Source: Octopus bimaculoides (Eukaryota). From it: DNA of 57,201 bases. The notes under the pieces are model-generated. The model ran no database searches and had not been told where the DNA came from. It saw only the letters and a list, made by a program, of their open reading frames with translations. The position numbers were made by a program, and so were the translations under genes. The stretch spans positions 10,165,868 through 10,223,068 of the forward strand of contig NC_068981.1 in NCBI RefSeq assembly GCF_001194135.2, given 5' to 3'. Positions 51,149 through 57,201 of this stretch are shown piece by piece (position 1 is the stretch's first letter; each line of letters begins with the position of its first letter).

Positions 51149-52470
51149 AATTTATATACACGCACATGTGTGTATATGTGCGAGTGTGTATGTACACATA
51201 CACAAACATACCTAGACATTAATTTATATGCTCAGTTACCTTTTCATTTATTTATCTATCTATATATTTATGTATTACGTATACATTTACATATTGTCCT
51301 CTCTATGCATTGATGTATTAAACAGCGATTTACTGATCTCCAATTGTCTTTGATTTATCTTTAAATCTTTATTTATCTCTACATTCTTTTAAATGTTTAT
51401 AGTTTACGTTTAACAGACAATGCTTGACATTAAGACCAACTAATCAACTGAAATGTGTAAGCCTATTTTAATCCAACACTCTTCGCTCATTCCAAAATCT
51501 TTTTCTCGGTTAGTTTTACGTTGTGGTGGAAATACACTTAAGTTAAGCTAAGTAATAATGAATTCCATTCTGTAATTGAAAACAACTTGTCCAGTGAGTT
51601 TATAAGAAGAAGTATTGATATTGAGATTGCTACAAAAATATCTGGTTACATCTTACGCTTTTTGAAAATTTTCAATCATATGTAATAAGTAAAAGAATCA
51701 TAAAATGATATTAAAGAAATAGAAATTAAAATATCTTTAAAGTTTAATTTTTTTTTTTTTAGGTTTTGAAATATAGATTTTCGAATTTTGAAAGCATATT
51801 ATTATCAAATAATTGTTGTGTTTAGAAATAAGGTAGGGACGGTGGCACAAGTAGTAAATTAGATGATGGTGATAATTAGAGAATAAAGATTGATTCTCAA
51901 ATGGTATATCTTTGCTTCCTGTATATTTACAACCAGAAATATATTTGAAACAAATCAGGTGAGAATTCCCGACATAGAAGTGGGTGATGCCATCCCTTGT
52001 TTCAAATGAGAATTCTTTGCATGTGAACCATGCTGTGATACCTTCAACGTTTTGGTATTTCGCCATTCAATTTCATTTTTTTTTAAATGTGTGCGCATGC
52101 GCATGCACACGTAGCGTGTACGCGCGCGAGTGTGTGTGGCATGTATTAGTATATGTGTGTATAAATTCGTCAATGTATCTCTGTTTCTCTGTATACACAC
52201 ACGTGGATTTATAATTCGATGAGAAGATGTATCAAATTGCGTAATATCAATCGTTATGTTTTTCTTTGTTTTAGACATTTATTTACATTTCGATTGGTGA
52301 TTTAATTATGGTTATTTAGTATATAAATGCATAAGTTTATTATGAAAGCATTTATAATAGTTATGTAAATAAATCCTTTTACATATCACACCCATACACA
52401 CACGTATATATACATGCGCGCGCACTCTAAAGTTAAACGATTAGATAGATAAATAGATAGATAGATAGAT

Positions 52471-52531
<61 letters not shown>

Positions 52532-52545
52532 CAAACAGACAGACA

Positions 52546-52735
52546 GTCGCCATGATTGACCGCTAGCTCCAAAAGTCTTTTATTCTCTCTTTGTTTATTT
52601 CCTCGTGTTTCTTTCTGTTGAAGAGCGTCGGCTCGAAACGTAAAAGACTTTTTCACTTTCCAGAGCGTCAAACTAATACATTTGCCTGTTGTTTATACAC
52701 CTGTCTTCGTCTTTTGTTTTTCTGTAAATTTCAAC

Positions 52736-52736
<1 letters not shown>
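52546..52736 (+). mobile_element. Penelope pLTR-like short repeat inserted in a (GATA)n/(GACA)n array, with a hammerhead motif carrying a core substitution
   Basis: UCUUU-CUGUUGA-A-GAGC(GUCG)GCUC-GAAA-CG-UA-AAAGA at 52610-52647; homologous to 41690-41790; (AGAC)n on both flanks. Confidence 0.7.
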
Positions 52737-52767
<31 letters not shown>

Positions 52768-52915
52768 TAGATGTGTATATGTATAGTCATAGATAACTAG
52801 ATTAATAGATAGAAAAGTGTGCAACAGTTTTTAAAATTCCTACATCCGCTTTAATTATAAATTGTGCAAACTAATGTGCGTTTTCTTTTATCATTTTTTT
52901 CCTTTATTTTAACAG

Positions 52916-53174
52916 TTACAGAAGATCCTACGCTGTCCGTGTATTAAGTTTATTGGCCACACAATGATGTTTGTCGTGTTCCTCATAATGATCATAATTT
53001 CCACATTCACTGAACTCCCAGATGAAAAGAAATCGTTACTATATAAAATACCCAGCGCAAATCATAGCTATCAGTATTTCAGAAACATTACCTCGTCGCC
53101 TTACCCCAAAGACTTTGTGATCCGAACATATGAACCGGAAATCATACACATCTTAATTTCAATATGGATCGTTG
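52916..53174 (+). CDS. TRPC: TRPC channel exon: S1, S1-S2 loop and start of S2
   Basis: ttttaacAG acceptor at 52914-52915; GTAAGT donor at 53175 (phase 1). Translation LQKILRCPCIKFIGHTMMFVVFLIMIIIS...IIHILISIWIV-G continues the previous exon in frame and matches TRPC PxxKFIxH followed by hydrophobic segments. Confidence 0.92.
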
Positions 53175-54512
53175 GTAAGTTTCTTATATATTTCAAGCTG
53201 CTAGCCCCAACAAGCCGAGTTTGCGACTCGGATTCTATTCCCAATGGAACTTATTTCTCTTCTTTCAAAGACCTAATGAACTTGTACAGACATGGACATT
53301 AAAAAAAATTCAATTTGCTGTCTCTTTTAAAATGGTTTTAAAGTTTAGCCTGGAGAAACTGTTCTAAACATGTTGGAATGTGAAACGTCGTTTGCCAAAG
53401 TTTACCCTGAAAGATTACTCTCAATATTAGATTTAAGCAATACTTGAGTGTTTTTGTTTTGTTTTTTGACAATCACACGTGATTGGTAAAAGAAAGAAAA
53501 AAAATGATAATTTAAGTTATTCTTGGAGAAAGTATTCAACAGCTACTGCCCCAGTCGATTTTGGTGAATTTTTAGCGAAAAGAATACGTCACGTGTTTCT
53601 GTGGAACCAAACTGATTAAAAGTTGATCTGTTCCGTTTGAGATTTTTAATTCAAACACATTTATTCTATCTTGCCAGTCTCGTCACATTCTGTATAGCAT
53701 AACAATGCACCAGTAAGAACACAAGAAAGCAAACAGCCTTGCTATGCAGACTTGGTTCCACTTTCACAGGCGTCTAGTATGAAATAAAGTGTTAAACACT
53801 AACGCTATACAAATTAACAGCTCCAGCTCTCTGGTGCTACCAGATTTTATGGGTCCATAGAGAGAATGGTTACTTCTATGGATTTGGTTAACGCTGCAAA
53901 CACCTTTGATGGGTCTCCAATACGGGTCGAAATTCGATAAAAGCTGTTCATTACTCTTTTCAATCAGCGGAGAATGTGAAACAAGGTGGAAAAGATAGTA
54001 GTCGAATACCGAAGGTAGAGTAGTACGCTTTTATTAATGCTATAAAAACATCGATCACAACGGCCAGACGATCGGGGACGTGAAACACTGAGTAAGTTTT
54101 TGTGATGGTTTTTTACAGCTTTAATAAAAAAAAATTTATATATATAAATATATATGTATATTTCTACTGTTAATGCGGAAAGTAAAAAAAGATTTAGGTC
54201 AAAACAAAAACAATGAGAATCTCGAAGTAACTACCATCAATTTTTGCAACATAAGAATTATTGGAACAATTTTTGCAACAAGTTGATAGTTTTGATATTT
54301 TGGAATTATCAGAAATACTTCGGAAAACATCAAAATAATAAAAATTACTATTGTTATTGTTGTTGTTGTTGTTGTTTAAGACAAGTTCGCTGGGAAACGT
54401 AACAAAGTGTGGACTTAGTGTGGACACTTCATTTAGATCTCGAGACTTCTGCGAAGATTTCATTTGCTTACAAGAAACACTTTTCTTCTTTTTCTTCTTA
54501 TTGTTATTGAGT

Positions 54513-54670
54513 CTAGGACATTTAGCCCCCGTGGACAATAACCCTCCAAGGACAATTACCCCTGAGGACAACAGATGATTTAAAGCTTCTTAATATATTA
54601 GAGAGGGGGTAATTAACCATGGGTATAATTGTCCTAGATGGTAGTTGTCGTCGGGGGGAATTGTCTTGAT
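54513..54670. mobile_element. Short MITE-like element with repeated GGACAATTACCCC-type subterminal motifs
   Basis: The left part repeats ggacatttagcccc / ggacaataaccctc / ggacaattacccc; the right part carries reverse complements (gggggtaatta, gggtataattgtcc, ggggggaattgtc). Confidence 0.55.
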
Positions 54671-54673
54671 ACG

Positions 54674-54714
<41 letters not shown>

Positions 54715-54729
54715 TATTATTATTATTAC

Positions 54730-55165
54730 TAAGGCGACGAGTTCACAGAATTGTCAGCGCGTCAGACAAAAATACTTAGCTACATTTCTTCGGGTTTTAC
54801 ATTCTGGATTCAAATTCTGCCGACGTCGACTTTGCTCTTCATCCTTTCGGGGTCGATAAATTAAGTACTAACCGAACTCTAGGGTCAATATAAGGAACTA
54901 TCCCCCTCCCCAAAGTTTGGGGCCTTGTGCCTTTAGGAGAAAGGATCATTACCTAGCAGCGAACTGGCAGAATCGTTAGCATACCGGGCAAAATGCTAGC
55001 AGCATTTCGTCCGTCACCATATTTCTGAGTTCAAATTCTGCCGAGGTTAACTTTACCTTTCATCTTTTAGAAGTCGATTAAATAAGTACCAGTTGAGTAC
55101 TGGGGTCGAAGTAATCGACTAGCTCCCTCCTCCAAAACTTCTGGCCTTGTGACTATAGTAGAAAG
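54730..55165 (+). mobile_element. Two tandem SINE family A copies (54730-54945, 54955-55165) just upstream of a TRPC exon
   Basis: Both show the head/B-box gagttcaaattctgccga and the gggccttgtg tail. Confidence 0.85.
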
Positions 55166-55234
55166 GGTTGTATTTATTGCCAGCTGTCGTTTTGTTGCAT
55201 CAAAGGTTGATTTTTGTTTTCTTCTTTTTGACAG

Positions 55235-55374
55235 GTATGCTCTGGCAGGAGATGAAGCAAGTGTACGCTGCAGGCATTCACAACTACTTTGACTCTTTAT
55301 ATAATTACTTGGACTTCGCCGTCCTTACACTTTACATAACCTCATTTACGTTGCGCTATTTAAGTATTATTAAG
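55235..55374 (+). CDS. TRPC: TRPC channel exon: S2-S3 region
   Basis: ttctttttgacAG acceptor at 55233-55234; starts in phase 1 (G|GT = Gly), complementing the previous exon; GTTAGT donor at 55375. Translation GMLWQEMKQVYAAGIHNYFDSLYNYLDFAVLTLYITSFTLRYLSIIK matches TRPC WxExKQxWxxGxxxY...WNxLDF. Confidence 0.93.
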
Positions 55375-55544
55375 GTTAGTATCGTTGTTCTTTCCTCATG
55401 CATGCACCAAGAACGAAAGAACATTTGTTACCCATTTACTACACATTATATATATGTGTATATATATATATATATTTACTTGGAGAATGGAGCAACAGAT
55501 ACAAGAAAAAGCATTTTCGTTGGACTAGATAGCCGTTGTTTTAA

Positions 55545-55606
55545 TGGAGGTTTAGGTTATGTAATGAGTCATTTTAAAATGACTCATTACATAACCTAAA
55601 CCTCCA
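55545..55606. repeat. Perfect 62-bp spacerless palindrome next to an N gap
   Basis: tggaggtttaggttatgtaatgagtcatttt|aaaatgactcattacataacctaaacctcca; the gap begins at 55608. Confidence 0.85.
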
Positions 55607-56052
55607 CNNNNNNNNNNNNNNNNNNNNNNNNNNNNNNNNNNNNNNNNNNNNNNNNNNNNNNNNNNNNNNNNNNNNNNNNNNNNNNNNNNNNNNNNNNNNN
55701 NNNNNNNNNNNNNNNNNNNNNNNNNNNNNNNNNNNNNNNNNNNNNNNNNNNNNNNNNNNNNNNNNNNNNNNNNNNNNNNNNNNNNNNNNNNNNNNNNNNN
55801 NNNNNNNNNNNNNNNNNNNNNNNNNNNNNNNNNNNNNNNNNNNNNNNNNNNNNNNNNNNNNNNNNNNNNNNNNNNNNNNNNNNNNNNNNNNNNNNNNNNN
55901 NNNNNNNNNNNNNNNNNNNNNNNNNNNNNNNNNNNNNNNNNNNNNNNNNNNNNNNNNNNNNNNNNNNNNNNNNNNNNNNNNNNNNNNNNNNNNNNNNNNN
56001 NNNNNNNNNNNNNNNNNNNNNNNNNNNNNNNNNNNNNNNNNNNNNNNNNNNN

Positions 56053-56095
<43 letters not shown>

Positions 56096-57168
56096 TGTGT
56101 GTGTACAAAACTCTAGATCATAAGTATCGCTGTGCCTAAGCGAAATACACACATGCACACACATTACACACACCACACACACATGCATATATATGTATAA
56201 ATTTCATTGAGGTGTTAACACTGGAGTTTACTCTGTTAAGCTCATCAACGGTTCCAAGCTATCAGACAGACGGTAATCCGAAAATTGTCATACCAAACAC
56301 GTGTCCGACAGAGTTTCTACAATTATAACCAAGGACAATGGAGTAAGCCCTTTTATTTCATTATATTACAATTGCTTCCTCGAAAATTGAGGGCCACTAT
56401 CGTTAATTAAAGCTTTTTTTTCACGATTCTGAAGAATCTTCAATTTTGTGTCAACGACACCTCATGAATCAATGGTTTCATATATATTATTGCATTAAAA
56501 TATAGTAACGTTCATGAGATCGATTTTCAAGGAAACGATTGTATATCAATGAAATAGATACACACACATTACCAAGCATATCTTGCTTTACACTAACTAA
56601 AGCTGCAAAACTGCAGTATTCGTCTTGAGAAAACTTCTCGTACAGACGTATAGAGTTAAAAATGAGAGAAACATATCAGTAGAATATTAAAAGCGTCTAG
56701 TAGCGGCGGCGGAATTGCGAAATGGTGATTTTTATGTATTTTCATGCCATCACTATCAAATATTCACTTGTTAGGATACTCTGCTAAAGCAACATTACAG
56801 AATTCGCTATTTATCTCATCTAAATAAACATACAAATGTGTTTTTTTCCCCATTTATGAAATATGGATTTGGAAAGATTCATACACAGACACGTAAGTAT
56901 ATACACATGAACAACCATAAAGCAACACATACATATACATACATATATTTGTACGTGTGTGTCTGTGTGGGTTTGTGTATGTATATATATATATATGTAT
57001 ATCACGAACTGGCAAAACGTGTGCATTGTGCATGTGTGTGTGTGTATATATATGGTATTTTGTGGTTTATAAAACATACACGAGTTTCGGCCGATTAACT
57101 TATTGGATTACATAATTGCTTGCTGACGCATTGTGTGTGTGTGAGTACGTAGTTGTACGTATAAGTGC

Positions 57169-57201
<33 letters not shown>

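Larger units (their letters stand above)
7628..56052. other. Assembly gaps (N): 7628-7637, 11970-12254, 19850-19859, 22443-22553, 32568-33138, 37543-37831, 38506-38541, 39305-39535, 41129-41603, 43902-44147, 47903-48655, 55608-56052
   Basis: Directly visible; most gaps abut (TA)n or (TG)n arrays, typical of short-read assemblies. Confidence 0.98.

Noticed and set aside
54055-54095. Additional hammerhead-like string (cagacga...gtgaaac)
   Set aside because: The core lacks U4 and no stem II can be formed.
55545-55606. Perfect 62-bp spacerless palindrome as a functional cruciform or hairpin
   Set aside because: It ends one base before an N gap; spacerless palindromes at contig ends are a common fold-back read or assembly artefact. 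It is listed as a feature only and needs long reads.
6634-57098. Numerous ORFs rich in YI/CV/LS/HT/ER repeats or X runs (e.g. 6912-7418, 11836-12636, 32379-33182, 40734-41636, 47810-48688)
   Set aside because: These are translations of microsatellites or N gaps, not proteins.

Overview
Eukaryotic, AT-rich draft-assembly window with many microsatellites and 12 N-gaps. The repeat landscape (tRNA-derived SINE families, one with a CORE-like motif, and huge TA/GATA/CT arrays) resembles an Octopus genome; this species assignment is inference, not a database result. The only supportable host gene is a canonical TRP channel (TRPC family) on the + strand, seen as four spliced exons: 29223-29714 (ankyrin/TRP_2), 50663-50827 (FVAHP pre-S1), 52916-53174 (S1 to S2) and 55235-55374 (S2-S3). 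The N-terminal exon(s), the exon(s) between TRP_2 and FVAHP, and the pore/C-terminal exons are not visible. The rest is intronic and filled with SINEs, decayed non-LTR retrotransposons (Penelope-like GIY-YIG/RT, Tx1/L1-like, RTE, two R4/Dong-like RLE fragments), a hAT transposase remnant and MITEs. The most interesting signals are: (1) five minimal type-I hammerhead-ribozyme motifs in Penelope-related repeats and in a tRNA-headed SINE, where the best-preserved copy is antisense to the gene and all four sense copies carry lesions; (2) several long intronic inverted repeats that could form dsRNA (ADAR substrates) in the channel pre-mRNA; (3) a SINE subfamily whose 3' tail matches a Tx1-like LINE in the same window (37/42 nt).
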